Shown here piece after piece: positions 52,721 to 62,601 of a stretch of DNA of 64,000 bases. Numbering within the stretch: the first letter of the stretch is position 1; every line of letters begins with the position of its first letter. The notes under the pieces were generated by a model. It made no database searches. It was not told the DNA's origin and worked only from the letters and a program-made list of their open reading frames with translations. The position numbers and the translations under genes are program-made. The DNA lies in the IMG/VR virus record IMGVR_UViG_3300031784_000002; one strand, written 5' to 3'. This stretch comes from a virus. Taxonomy: Duplodnaviria > Caudoviricetes.

Positions 52721-53098
52721 AATCGCAATGACCGAGTTCCAAACTATCATCAACGATCTGACTCCCGAAGAGCGTAAAGCTCTAAAAGAAGCAACTGCTC
52801 CCGAATGGGTCAAAGCTATCCGTGAGACTGTCAATGATCCAAACTTTTGGAATGACATGGCTATTGCTTTTGCTCAAGGAGTTATCAACGGATTGAATGA
52901 TGCTCTGGATGACAACAACAATCGCCGTCACCGCTGATGACTGACGCACAAAAGCTTGAGGCACTGACTGACCTTCTCTCCAATGTCATTCACTCTCTGG
53001 AGATGACAAAGTATGAGATTGAAGATGTATCAGAGGCAGCAAATGTGGTTCGTGAGGCAGACCACTATCACCAACAAATGCTAGACATTCTTCATGGT

Positions 53099-53172
53099 GG
53101 CCCAGTTGAAGAACCTGCACAAGCCCCCTAGACTTCTCCAGCCAGATCCTGTATCTTAGCCATGTTGAGAGG
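53099..53172 (+). promoter_or_regulatory. Promoter cassette copy
   Basis: GGCCCA-N10-CTGCAC; TAGACT-N17-TATCTTAGCCATGTTGAGAGG. Confidence 0.8.
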
Positions 53173-54428
53173 AATCGCTCCCCAATGTTTGACGAACTCT
53201 GGTCCGAGATTGCTGACATGCCTGGTGAAATCTTTGACACCACGATGACAGCAGAAGAACGAGCTGAGTTTCAGCGAGTTTGTGAAATGTCTGAAGAAGA
53301 GTATTACTACTACATGGAAGCTGCCTGAAATGATGAACGATCTCCGTCAACGTTGCATGGATCTCGCCGATGAAATGTCGGCCGAGGTGAATGGAAACCT
53401 GTTCTATGTTCCCGATGAAGACATAGAGGATTGTCTGAAAGCTTTGACTGAGGATAACATCCAAGATGTCGCAGCTGAACTTGCAAACTTAGCTCACTGG
53501 TTTAACTGATCATGAACCTGAACACTCTTGAATTGCTCATTGCTGACTGCTTTGAGTACATTTATGACCGCGACGCCAAAGCTGGTGCGTATTGGTGTGA
53601 ACAACTCTTCACCAAGCAAGGTGACATCAAGCGTCACATGATCACTGAGATGACGCTACAACGGCTTGAGAACATCGCCGCTGACCTTTATGATCATCAG
53701 GAAGCCTGAAATGACGAATCAAGAATGGGTTGATGGCTTCAAGATTGTGCTGATCATCCTATTTGTGATTGGTGTGATCATTCTTTATGTTCACAACATC
53801 AAAGTTGAGCATGCTGATTGTATCGCACACGGCGGCCAATGGGTGCATGGACTCAGCTCAGATGGTGGGGCTCAATTCTACTGCATTGAGCCCCCTGGAA
53901 TCTAACACAAACACAACACACAAAACAATGCAAACCACCAAAGCTTTCCCTCCCGCTGACGATCTGATTATGAAACTGCAAGAGATTGACTACATCAAAC
54001 AACTGAACAAATACATGGACATTGTTGAAACTATTGTGGTATGGATTGCCGCAATCGCTACTATCATCTTTGAGAAGTTTCAAACTCTAAAGATCACAAC
54101 TCCTCAAGCTATCTCCGATTACTTCTACTTTAGCTTTAACATGCGCTATGCTCCTGGTGATGAGATTATGGCTCTGAGTGTAGGTAATCTTTACCTCGGT
54201 TTGTATAGCGATTCGCTGAACTGGGGTGTGCTTGACGAGAACGGCTGCCTCTGATTTGATCAAACATCTAATTTGATGCAATTCTGGCTGCATGGGATGA
54301 TCCAATCTACCTGTCAGCCAGTTTTAACGCTTTTTTCGGTTTCTGTCCTAGTGGTGGCCACGAGTCTCACCGCTTCCAACCTGAGACCAGCAGGGGGCTT
54401 CTGCGATCCTGACCAAACCTGGGGGCTT

Positions 54429-54498
54429 GTGACAATTGGCTCCCTGGGCCAGATTCTCGCCAAAGGGCCCCTCGGCCCCATATATTGGCCACATGAGG
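54429..54498 (+). promoter_or_regulatory. Promoter cassette copy (GGCCACATGA subtype)
   Basis: GTGACA...TCGCCA...TATATTGGCCACATGA. Confidence 0.75.
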
Positions 54499-54545
54499 GA
54501 GAGGGAACGACCCCGACCCCGACCAAACCATTCTCTGCTCAAACC

Positions 54546-54860
54546 ATGCGTAAGATCGAAACCCTGATGAACAAAGCTATCCAGCAAGAAATTGACTGGA
54601 AGCTGGACAACACCGAAGTCATCAGCTGCTCCAACGTTTCTGATGTCTACCTGCATGGCAATCTGATTGCTCGCATCGGTGAAACTTGGCTGGAACTGTT
54701 CGACGGTGGTTGGCAGACTGCTACCACGAAGTCCCGTCTGAATGCTATTCTCGCTGCACACGGCTGCCCTGGTGAGCGTGTCTTCCAACAGAAAGGCCAG
54801 TGGTTCATCACTATCAACGGAGCTAAGGTTCCTTTCTTCTCCGGTATGCGCCTGAACTGA
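54546..54860 (+). CDS. Conserved phage hypothetical protein
   Basis: MRKIE...VYLHGNLIA...DGGWQTATTKSRLNAIL; first gene after a cassette. Confidence 0.7.
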   Translation: MRKIETLMNKAIQQEIDWKLDNTEVISCSNVSDVYLHGNLIARIGETWLELFDGGWQTATTKSRLNAILAAHGCPGERVFQQKGQWFITINGAKVPFFSGMRLN

Positions 54861-55513
54861 TGGCTAGAACCAAGACGCTAACATTCAAGTCACCCGACAA
54901 AATGAAAACAATTGGCCTGATCTTTGTGATAGCGTTCTTGTTTTTCCCATCAGTTCGTTACACCACGGGGAGCATGATGCACTCTGCCGCTGATTTCATC
55001 CAATCCACAGCTAACTGATCATGATGACACTTACCGCTCTTAATTTTCAAGAACTCGATACACTTTTGGCTGTTCTTGAGTCTAGCGATTGGTGCTACTT
55101 GACTGAACTTACAGAGACAGACATTCCGGCTCTGTATGATAAACTTTCTGAAATGCGGGACGAAGTGTAATGAAACACACCAACACAGTTCGCATCATCG
55201 ACCGACTTGGCTTGTTCCCTGAGACTAGAGGAAAAGCCCGCTACATCTCGGTCAAAACTTATGCTCATGCAATGGAGATTGTGGATGAGCAGAACAAACT
55301 CGGCAACACAGCTACCCTGATTAACTGGTAACAAATTATGGGACATCATCGCACAATGGTTGAAACTGAACACTACGAGCTTCCGCTTGACTTTTATCTC
55401 AAGTGTGAGTTCATTGCTGCTCAATTAGAGGTCACAGTTGATTACCTTCTCGATGAGTTTTACGATGACGGGGAGCTCATTGTGCCAGACTTTGTGCAAG
55501 AATGAGCAGCGAT

Positions 55514-55586
55514 GTGACAGTCTTCGGACTGTCCACTAAATCCGCCAAACCCCAGCCAGTCTTGGTATCTTAGCCATGTTGAGAGG
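55514..55586 (+). promoter_or_regulatory. Promoter cassette copy
   Basis: GTGACA-N10-TGTCCAC..CCGCCA..TATCTTAGCCATGTTGAGAGG. Confidence 0.85.
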
Positions 55587-56078
55587 TTCACGAATGACCA
55601 ACGCAACCAACTTCATTCCCTGCACTGACATCGAAACCCGTCAAGCTATGTGGGTTGGTATGAAATACGATGAGCAACTTGGTATCTTCAATGCTGTTCA
55701 AGTTGCATCGGCTTTCGCAGATCGTTATGCGGAAGATTACAAGCCTGTGACCTTCTGTGACTGAATCCAACTCTACATCTTCCAAACAAATGTTCACAAT
55801 CACCTATCAAGTTCCTTACAACAACTGTGAGTGGAGGACTCAAAGCTTCAAGACTCTTGAAGAAGCACAACGGATGATAGATTTCTACCGTTCTTGTGGT
55901 TCACCTTGCAAACTTGTTTGAGTAATTTAATCATGCGAATCGCTCTTCTGATTGCTACTCTTGCTCTTGGACTGAAGACTGGTCTTGCTGCTCATGCTAC
56001 GGTGAATGCCTATCAAGAAGCACAAGCCGAACGGCTGTGCCAGATTGATCCAAGCTACTGCGGACTGAAGCAAAAGTA

Positions 56079-56145
56079 GGACAGTCTGATGGCTGTCCAC
56101 CAAATCCGCCGAACCGACCCGTTTGGCCCTATATTGGCCACATGA
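56079..56145 (+). promoter_or_regulatory. Promoter cassette copy (GGCCACATGA subtype)
   Basis: GGACA-N10-TGTCCAC..CCGCCG..TATATTGGCCACATGA. Confidence 0.8.
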
Positions 56146-56941
56146 AGAACAACACCACTCAAATGTCACTTTTCTCCCAAGGCTGGAAAGCTGAAGAATA
56201 CTTCGGTAGCGAGCTGACTGCTCATCACATGAACACTCGTTCGGTGTATCGTTTCAAGGAGAATGCCAATGTGAGCATCACTCACTCCGGAAAGTATGCT
56301 GAAGATGGAACTGTTGATGTGTTCACAGTTTCTGTTCGTGAGGAGATCAATCCTCGCCACTCGGTTACTCAAACTGTTGAGACCTTTGCTAACTTTTTGG
56401 ACGCATACTACTGCGGTGTGCAGTGTGTCAACAATCTGAATCTTGATCTCATCACTATTAACTGAATCAATTTACTGAGCAACTATCATGAACATTTTTG
56501 ACCTGCAACGTGATCTCCAGAAGGAAAAGCTTTCTCTGGAAGAATTGCTGACTGAAGTGAAGGCTTCACTGGTGACGATCAACGAAAACCTAGAAGCTGT
56601 TGATCGAGTTGCCAAGATGTTTGGTGGAAAAGCCACATCGCCCGAACACAATCAAGAGTTCATGGCTAAACTACGTTCGCTGCTCTCTCAGAAGTTCAGC
56701 CAGAGGGAAGTTGATGAACTCATTGAAATTATTGAGCAAGATGATGTGCGGAGGCTGAACGGCAAACTGAATAAGAACCCTGCAAGCTACACTCACCAAG
56801 TTCTCGCATTGTGCTATCAGATGCGAATTGTGAATGGTAACATTCAAGATCACATGAAGGATGCGATTAAGCGTCTGCGTGAAGCTGGCCACATTTCAGT
56901 GGAGCAATCTAAGTGGTTTGTTTCACAAGGTTTCTAATCAT

Positions 56942-57013
56942 GTGACAGCCATGCGGCTGTCCACCAAATCCGCCGAGACCCGCCATCTGATGTATTCTAG
57001 CCATGTTGAGAGG
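56942..57013 (+). promoter_or_regulatory. Promoter cassette copy
   Basis: GTGACA-N10-TGTCCAC..CCGCCG..TATTCTAGCCATGTTGAGAGG. Confidence 0.85.
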
Positions 57014-57657
57014 AATCGGAACCCAAATGAAAGTCTACGCTGTGATCGGTGGTTGGGATTATGAAGGCGAAGACTTTCAATCCCTGCGCCTGTTTGATTG
57101 TTTCTCTGCTGCTGATGCGTACCTGAAGCAACTTGATGAAGAATACGATTATGCTAAGATGGACACCCGCGAGGTGTGCATGGAATCTGCAATCGCTGCT
57201 TGATCATGAAAAACTATCGCGTTCGTGTTGAAACTAACGATGGCTGTGTCACGATTTGGTATGAGAAATCAAACGCAAAACGTGCTTGTGATCTTATCAA
57301 CAATCGGGTCTACAATCAGCTCTGTGGGTTGAACATCAAGGAAGTTGAAGTAACTCCTTCCGTCTGAACTTTTCTTCTTAATTAACACAAACACAAACTC
57401 ATGACTAACACTTTCGACCGCGCACAACTCGTTGAAGATTACATTCAACAACTGATTGAGGGAATGGACTATAAAACAATGGAGTGCTTTGTTTATGATA
57501 CTATGAAAGAGAATCTTTCTAGTTATACTGATGAAGAATTGATTACAGAGGTTCAAGACTACTATCCTGAGCTGATTGAAGGCTGATTCGCCATTTGCGA
57601 ATAGAGAATGAGATGCGCTCTAAAGACACTCACATTCCCAAACACTTTGCTACTCTC

Positions 57658-57783
57658 ATGATTCAAACTCGTAAAGACTTCTTCATTCAAGTTCTCGATC
57701 AGTTTGCTACTAATGGTAACGAACTTCTGCAGATTCTGGATGACATCGAATCTGGCGAATGTGAATGCTTTCTCGAAGATTGA
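57658..57783 (+). CDS. Small acidic protein with NGxEhLxhLD motif
   Basis: MIQTRKDFFIQVLDQFATNGNELLQILDDIESG. Confidence 0.6.
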   Translation: MIQTRKDFFIQVLDQFATNGNELLQILDDIESGECECFLED

Positions 57784-57829
57784 GCTCTAATTCTTTACAC
57801 TTTTCCCAAACACTTTTCTTCTTTTTCTC

Positions 57830-57988
57830 ATGACTCTTCAAACTGCAATCTCCATGCTTCAGAGTGCTCGCAACGGCGCCGAAATGCTTGAGGTTCTTGA
57901 TAGTCTCGCAGGTGGCTATGAGTACATCGAGTCCCCCATGATTGCTCAGGTGCTCGGAGTGCCCACGCTTGAACCAATGGAGTTCTGA
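57830..57988 (+). CDS. Small acidic protein with NGxEhLxhLD motif (paralog)
   Basis: MTLQTAISMLQSARNGAEMLEVLDSLAGG read manually. Confidence 0.6.
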   Translation: MTLQTAISMLQSARNGAEMLEVLDSLAGGYEYIESPMIAQVLGVPTLEPMEF

Positions 57989-57999
57989 TGATAGAATAG

Positions 58000-58024
58000 A
58001 GGGGGCTGAATAAGTCCCCTTTTG
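58000..58024 (+). terminator. Probable intrinsic terminator
   Basis: AGGGGGCT-GAATA-AGTCCCCT-TTT. Confidence 0.6.
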
Positions 58025-58784
58025 TGTCAACTTAACCCCGTAAATTGACTTCAATTCGTCACAACTTACGACATGAAGAAACGCTACCTGATTGCTGCAT
58101 CAATTCTGCCATTGACTCTGCTTGTGTTCGCAACAGTTCGGGACAGTTGTGCTAATCCCAGCTATGCCCAATACTTTACAGAATCATGCCAGACAAAATG
58201 ACACAATCAAATTGGGCTGAGAATCTAACACCTGAAGAGCAACAACAAACTTACAACGAGATCGTCAATTATCTCAAAGAAGAAGTGCTTTCACAGGTGT
58301 CAGAAAAGTATGACAAACCCATTGCCTATAAGTACAGAAACGTATAAAATAGTAACGTACCTTCAACCACATTCAAGGACACACACTCATGCAAACCATC
58401 AACAACAAAGTTACACGCTATCGAGTTACGTTAGACTTTACAGTTGATACATCTAACTGTGTAAGTCCTAAGGAATGGAACTGGGCTCAACTTCTCGAAC
58501 TTGGTAACAGCGAATCAGTCAATGAGGTTTATGTAGAGAATCTCGGAGAATATAACATTCGTAGGAGCAAGTGAAGATGGGAGAAGATCAAGAGTTTTTT
58601 TACAACGAAATGATCGAACAAAGTTACTACGAAGAGGGAACGATTGACTGGGATGATTGCTCTCAAGGTGCGACTGAAGTAGAGTCTTATGATCCATAAG
58701 CTTTCAACGGAGACAACAGCAAAGGAGGAGTGGAGTTACATTGCTTTAGTCCTCAAAGAGTTGTTATCAATGAGTTATGAAAGC

Positions 58785-59113
58785 TTTTCCACAAGGCTGT
58801 TGAAAAAGCTGTGGAAAAATGGCTTTAAAATAAATGGCTAAAAAAACATGGCTTGTGTGAAAGCTTTCTCGTTTATGTTCTCTCTGTGGCCCCTCTGATG
58901 GCTTATAAAAAAGCCTCTGAGCCTTATGCTTATGTCCTCTAGAAAGCCTCTGAGACCTTGTGATCTAAGCGTGCAGGCTATCACACGACCGCATAAATGT
59001 CAAGAGGCACCTCACATAAGTCTCCGGGACCACACAATTTGAGCAACTTACCCCCCTCACAGTTCTTATAGTTTTCCACAGCACTTGTGGAAAAAGTCTA
59101 TAAGTTTTCCACA
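58785..59113. repeat. Cluster of five perfect TTTTCCACA (DnaA-box consensus) 9-mers in a gene-free interval
   Basis: Plus strand at 58785, 59072 and 59105; minus strand at 58810 and 59086; one-mismatch copy at 58798. Confidence 0.85.
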
Positions 59114-59300
59114 GCCTTATGAGCACTCTAAGTCCCCCACATCTCGGAGCTTGACATAAGCCCTCTGAAAGCCTTATAATAACTCTGTGGGAGTGCATAA
59201 AGGGGCTGAGTGCTTAAGCCTAAGCTAAAGGACTTATGTAAAGCTCAAGCCACAGAGACTTATGAGCCTACCATAGATTGCTGAGATCCAGAGACACAAT

Positions 59301-59371
59301 GGACACTTATCTAACTGGCCACAGAATGTGCCAGAGGGAGCCAGATCCCGTATATTAGCCATGTTGAGAGG
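59301..59371 (+). promoter_or_regulatory. Promoter cassette copy
   Basis: GGACA-N10-TGGCCAC...TATATTAGCCATGTTGAGAGG. Confidence 0.8.
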
Positions 59372-59378
59372 AACACAC

Positions 59379-59624
59379 ATGAGCACCACCCAAACCACTC
59401 AAGCTACCTACAACGGTTACGCTAACTACGAGACCTGGAATGCTGCTCTGTGGATTGGTAATGATTACGGTCTGTATAAGCTTGCTCTTCAGTGTCGTGA
59501 TTATGCCGAGTTCCAAGAGCTTATGATTGACGACCTCGGTATGAGCTGCACTCCTGATGGTGTACTCTGGAACGACTCTGAGCTGAACCACGATGAGCTT
59601 GATGAGGTGATCAAAGAACTCTGA
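59379..59624 (+). CDS. Conserved phage hypothetical protein
   Basis: YNGYANYETWNAALWIGND...TPDGV.W. Confidence 0.75.
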   Translation: MSTTQTTQATYNGYANYETWNAALWIGNDYGLYKLALQCRDYAEFQELMIDDLGMSCTPDGVLWNDSELNHDELDEVIKEL

Positions 59625-59881
59625 GCTTCATTAACACTTTTCTCACTTAAGATTCATGATGATCACTAACACTGAGACCCGTCCATTCTTCGTTCAACAA
59701 GCAAAGTCTGGCAGGTGGAATGTATGGGTCTTTCAGAGAGAAACTGAGGACGGTTACAAGTATGCCGTCAAGCAAACATTCAAAGATCCTGATGTTGCTC
59801 ATGACTGGGGCTTGAACTACATCAACCACGTCATTCGTTACTGATTCGTTTACTCTAACTCACCCACACACACTAACACTC

Positions 59882-60124
59882 ATGACTCTGAACATCGCCA
59901 CCGCAACTAAGCTCGACCTGTTGATTGCTGATATCCAAGGAGAGATTAAGTACACTGTGCTCCCCACCCGTAAGGCTCGGAAATCTGAACTGCTCATGAG
60001 CCGCACGAATGGCCCTCGGACTAACACTAACCGTCGTGGTCAAGCATACAGCGGACATGCCACACATGCACAGAATGCTGTGATTCAGGGCAATGATGCT
60101 GCATACTTCAAGACCAGCGGCTGA
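59882..60124 (+). CDS. Hypothetical protein, last gene of the early array
   Basis: Basic ORF with CA-rich leader. Confidence 0.7.
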   Translation: MTLNIATATKLDLLIADIQGEIKYTVLPTRKARKSELLMSRTNGPRTNTNRRGQAYSGHATHAQNAVIQGNDAAYFKTSG

Positions 60125-60362
60125 TGGGTTGAGTGTATGTCCCCTCTGAAGGCTTATGAGCACTTGGAGGGGACACGAATACGACTAGGAGGAGCAGCAG
60201 TCTTCGTGTACTTATGACAGTTTGAGCAGTTGTTTGTGCGCCCGTTGTTGTTAGCGCGGGGCGCGGTGGCCCCCGTATATAAAAACGCTAAACTACCCTA
60301 ATCTATAACGACCCCAAAAAGCGCTCGAAAAGCCTTCCGCATTCAAAAAATTTTTTGGTGGC

Positions 60363-60370
60363 TATAAATA
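60363..60370 (+). promoter_or_regulatory. T4-type late promoter
   Basis: TATAAATA, 24 nt before the ATG at 60395. Confidence 0.8.
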
Positions 60371-60394
60371 CTCAAAAGACGTTTTAAAATATTC

Positions 60395-61519
60395 ATGGAA
60401 GTCAAAACACTATCTTTTTATCCTGGAGTACCTTTCAATGATGCGATTGAAAGTTTCTTGGATGCATATGAGCTCGGAGAAGATATCGAGTGTTATCAAT
60501 TAATTTTTTGTCCTTATGGGCGTCATACATCCTTTGGTGACTTATATAATATTGAATTTAAGAGTAGAGTTGTAATTTTAAATGTCATTGATTTTATCAT
60601 TGATGGATTGGATAATATTGCAACTGAAGAAATTAAACAATTCTGCGAGGATCACCCTGAACAAAATTTTATTATATTCAATTACAACATAGGTCTCGGA
60701 GACAAACTGAATGTTCCGAACTTACATTGGGATACAATTTTTTCAGGAACTTTAACAGAGAGATTAACTCACTGTGAAAAGAAAAATCTAACCAATAAAT
60801 GGTTATCATTGAATGCAGATACAAAGTTACACAGAGTCATGGCGGTGTGTTACTTGTTATCAAAAGACTATCATGAGAATGGTTATATTACTTTCAACAT
60901 GAACGCTGGTCCACTTGCAAGTCATGATAGTTATCGTAATTTTACCAAGATCTCATCGTATCAATTAAAAAGTAGTTTTGCGAAGGGATACGTCAAGTTT
61001 AAGTCAAAAGATTTTAGACGATTGAAAATAAAAAATTTCAGTTCAATTGAAGATAGAGTATCAACTAATTACAATAATAATTTAATGCCAATCTACGAAA
61101 GAATTGGTGTAGAGATTATTACTGGAACAATGTTCTTTGAGAATGTTCCAAGTTTAAGTGAGAAAGAAGTTCAATCTGTATATGCCAAAAATTTTCCAAT
61201 TTATATTAATGGAATTGGAATGGCAAGAGAAATTAAAAAGCTTTTTGATATTGATATCTTTGAAGATATTGTAGATCATAGTTATGATGAAATTGAAGAT
61301 CATTTTGAGAGACTTGCAGCAGCAATTGATAGGAATCAACATTTGTTAGATGGCTCTACCAATATCCATGAATTGTGGTATGATAATCAAAAGAGATTTG
61401 AGGATAACTGTGAAAAGATGGATCAAATTATTTTTGATTCAAAGTATCAACAGAGCATAAACTATAAAAAGATAGAAAATGCTTTGTCTAAGTTTGGAGT
61501 CTCTTTTTCAAAAAAATAA
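60395..61519 (+). CDS. AT-rich hypothetical protein, possibly sugar/glycosylation related
   Basis: 374-aa ORF; WLSLN...HR, IEIITGT, LSEK, FDIDIFEDIVDHSYDEI pattern. Confidence 0.6.
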   Translation: MEVKTLSFYPGVPFNDAIESFLDAYELGEDIECYQLIFCPYGRHTSFGDLYNIEFKSRVVILNVIDFIIDGLDNIATEEIKQFCEDHPEQNFIIFNYNIGLGDKLNVPNLHWDTIFSGTLTERLTHCEKKNLTNKWLSLNADTKLHRVMAVCYLLSKDYHENGYITFNMNAGPLASHDSYRNFTKISSYQLKSSFAKGYVKFKSKDFRRLKIKNFSSIEDRVSTNYNNNLMPIYERIGVEIITGTMFFENVPSLSEKEVQSVYAKNFPIYINGIGMAREIKKLFDIDIFEDIVDHSYDEIEDHFERLAAAIDRNQHLLDGSTNIHELWYDNQKRFEDNCEKMDQIIFDSKYQQSINYKKIENALSKFGVSFSKK

Positions 61520-61787
61520 AATCATATATAATGTTTGAAATGAACTTAAAGGAATATATGGAACTTAAGTTGGATTACCAGGAAAAAGATCTACTCATTG
61601 ATTGCATTCAACATCGATTAGATACGGATAAAATTTTAGTCATCAATGATTCTCTCAAGAATGAAATTGAAGATTTATTGGTCAAAATTGAAGAAGAATG
61701 TGTTTGATTTGACATTCTAAATAAACCAGAAACCATTGCATGAATTGACTTGTGGTGGTAGAATGATAACGTTGCAATTCTAATTTT

Positions 61788-62540
61788 ATGTCTAAAGGAT
61801 TTACAATTAAAGCTACAGCACCAACTCCAAAAAAGAATGAGGATGATTTTGATATCGATGCTGCAAAAGAAGCGATTCGTGGTAAATCAATTATCTTCTG
61901 TCTCCCTGGTCGTGGATGTTCCTATATCTTCCTGAAGAATTTTGTTCAACTTTGTTTTGATCTAGTCCAGAATGGTGCATCCATTCAAATTTCTCAGGAC
62001 TATTCTTCCATGGTTAACTTTGCACGTTGCAAGGTTCTTGGTGCAAACGTTCTGCGTGGACCAAAACAGATTCCCTGGGATGGTAAACTGAAGTATGATT
62101 ACCAACTCTGGATCGATAACGATATTGTGTTTGATACTGAGAAGTTCTATCGTCTCGTTGCAATGGATCGTGACATTGCGGCTGGTTGGTATATGACCGA
62201 AGATGGTCAAACGACTTCTGTTGCTCATTGGCTTGAAGAAGATGACTTTAAGAACAATGGTGGAGTCATGAACCATGAGACCGGAGAGACCATGAGTAAG
62301 CGCCGGAAACCCTTTACGGTGGACTATACTGGGTTTGGATGGGTTCTTATCAAGCATGGTGTCTTCGAGTCTCTAGAGTACCCCTGGTTCGCTCCTAAGA
62401 TGCAAGTATTCGACTCTGGAGAAGTTCAAGATATGTGTGGAGAAGACGTTTCGTTCTGTCTCGATGCAATTAAAGCGGGCTTTGAGATCTGGTGTGATCC
62501 GAAGATCCGTGTGGGTCACGAAAAGACTCGTATTATCTGA
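61788..62540 (+). CDS. GT2-like glycosyltransferase (conserved in cyanomyoviruses)
   Basis: IIFCLPG, QLWIDNDIVF (DxD), VDYTGFGWVLIK, GEDVSFC, DPKIRVGHEK. Confidence 0.85.
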   Translation: MSKGFTIKATAPTPKKNEDDFDIDAAKEAIRGKSIIFCLPGRGCSYIFLKNFVQLCFDLVQNGASIQISQDYSSMVNFARCKVLGANVLRGPKQIPWDGKLKYDYQLWIDNDIVFDTEKFYRLVAMDRDIAAGWYMTEDGQTTSVAHWLEEDDFKNNGGVMNHETGETMSKRRKPFTVDYTGFGWVLIKHGVFESLEYPWFAPKMQVFDSGEVQDMCGEDVSFCLDAIKAGFEIWCDPKIRVGHEKTRII

Positions 62541-62601
62541 TTTCTGGCGCGTTTGAATTGAATTTCGGCGCGCAAATAAACCAACTTTGAGGTATTAAAA
62601 A

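Larger units (their letters stand above)
29516..60124 (+). other. Early/accessory region: dense plus-strand array of short, mostly unknown ORFs
   Basis: Head-to-tail ORFs of about 45-200 aa with frequent ATGA/TGATG overlaps, interleaved with repeated promoter cassettes. Confidence 0.9.

Noticed and set aside
57658-57988. NblA phycobilisome-degradation proteins
   Set aside because: They are similar in size but lack the LSLEQxF...Q.M pattern.
58965-59198. 77-aa minus-strand ORF across the box cluster
   Set aside because: Its LWKT/FPQ words are simply translations of the TTTTCCACA repeats, and it runs against the regional strand bias.
37024-59371. Repeated AGCCATGTTGAGAGG read as a CRISPR array or IS ends
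   Set aside because: Copies are 0.4-10 kb apart and separated by genes. There are no regular spacers, no cas or transposase genes and no target-site duplications.
47439-59624. Shared N-terminal MLRG/MLRQ peptide on many ORFs in the ORF track (47439, 50966, 51854, 52710, 55576, 57003, and internally at 59328)
   Set aside because: It comes from the ATG inside the cassette (CCATGTTGAGAGG). GAGAGG is well placed as the SD for the next ATG about 7 nt on, which explains the in-frame bias, and the ATG is out of frame in other copies (37024, 49008, 50183, 53099). Leaderless initiation is not excluded but is unsupported.
29700-60163. Numerous minus-strand ORFs in the track across the early region (e.g. 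40122..41027, 46430..47296)
   Set aside because: They are antisense shadows of well-formed plus-strand genes, with no promoters, RBS or recognisable motifs.
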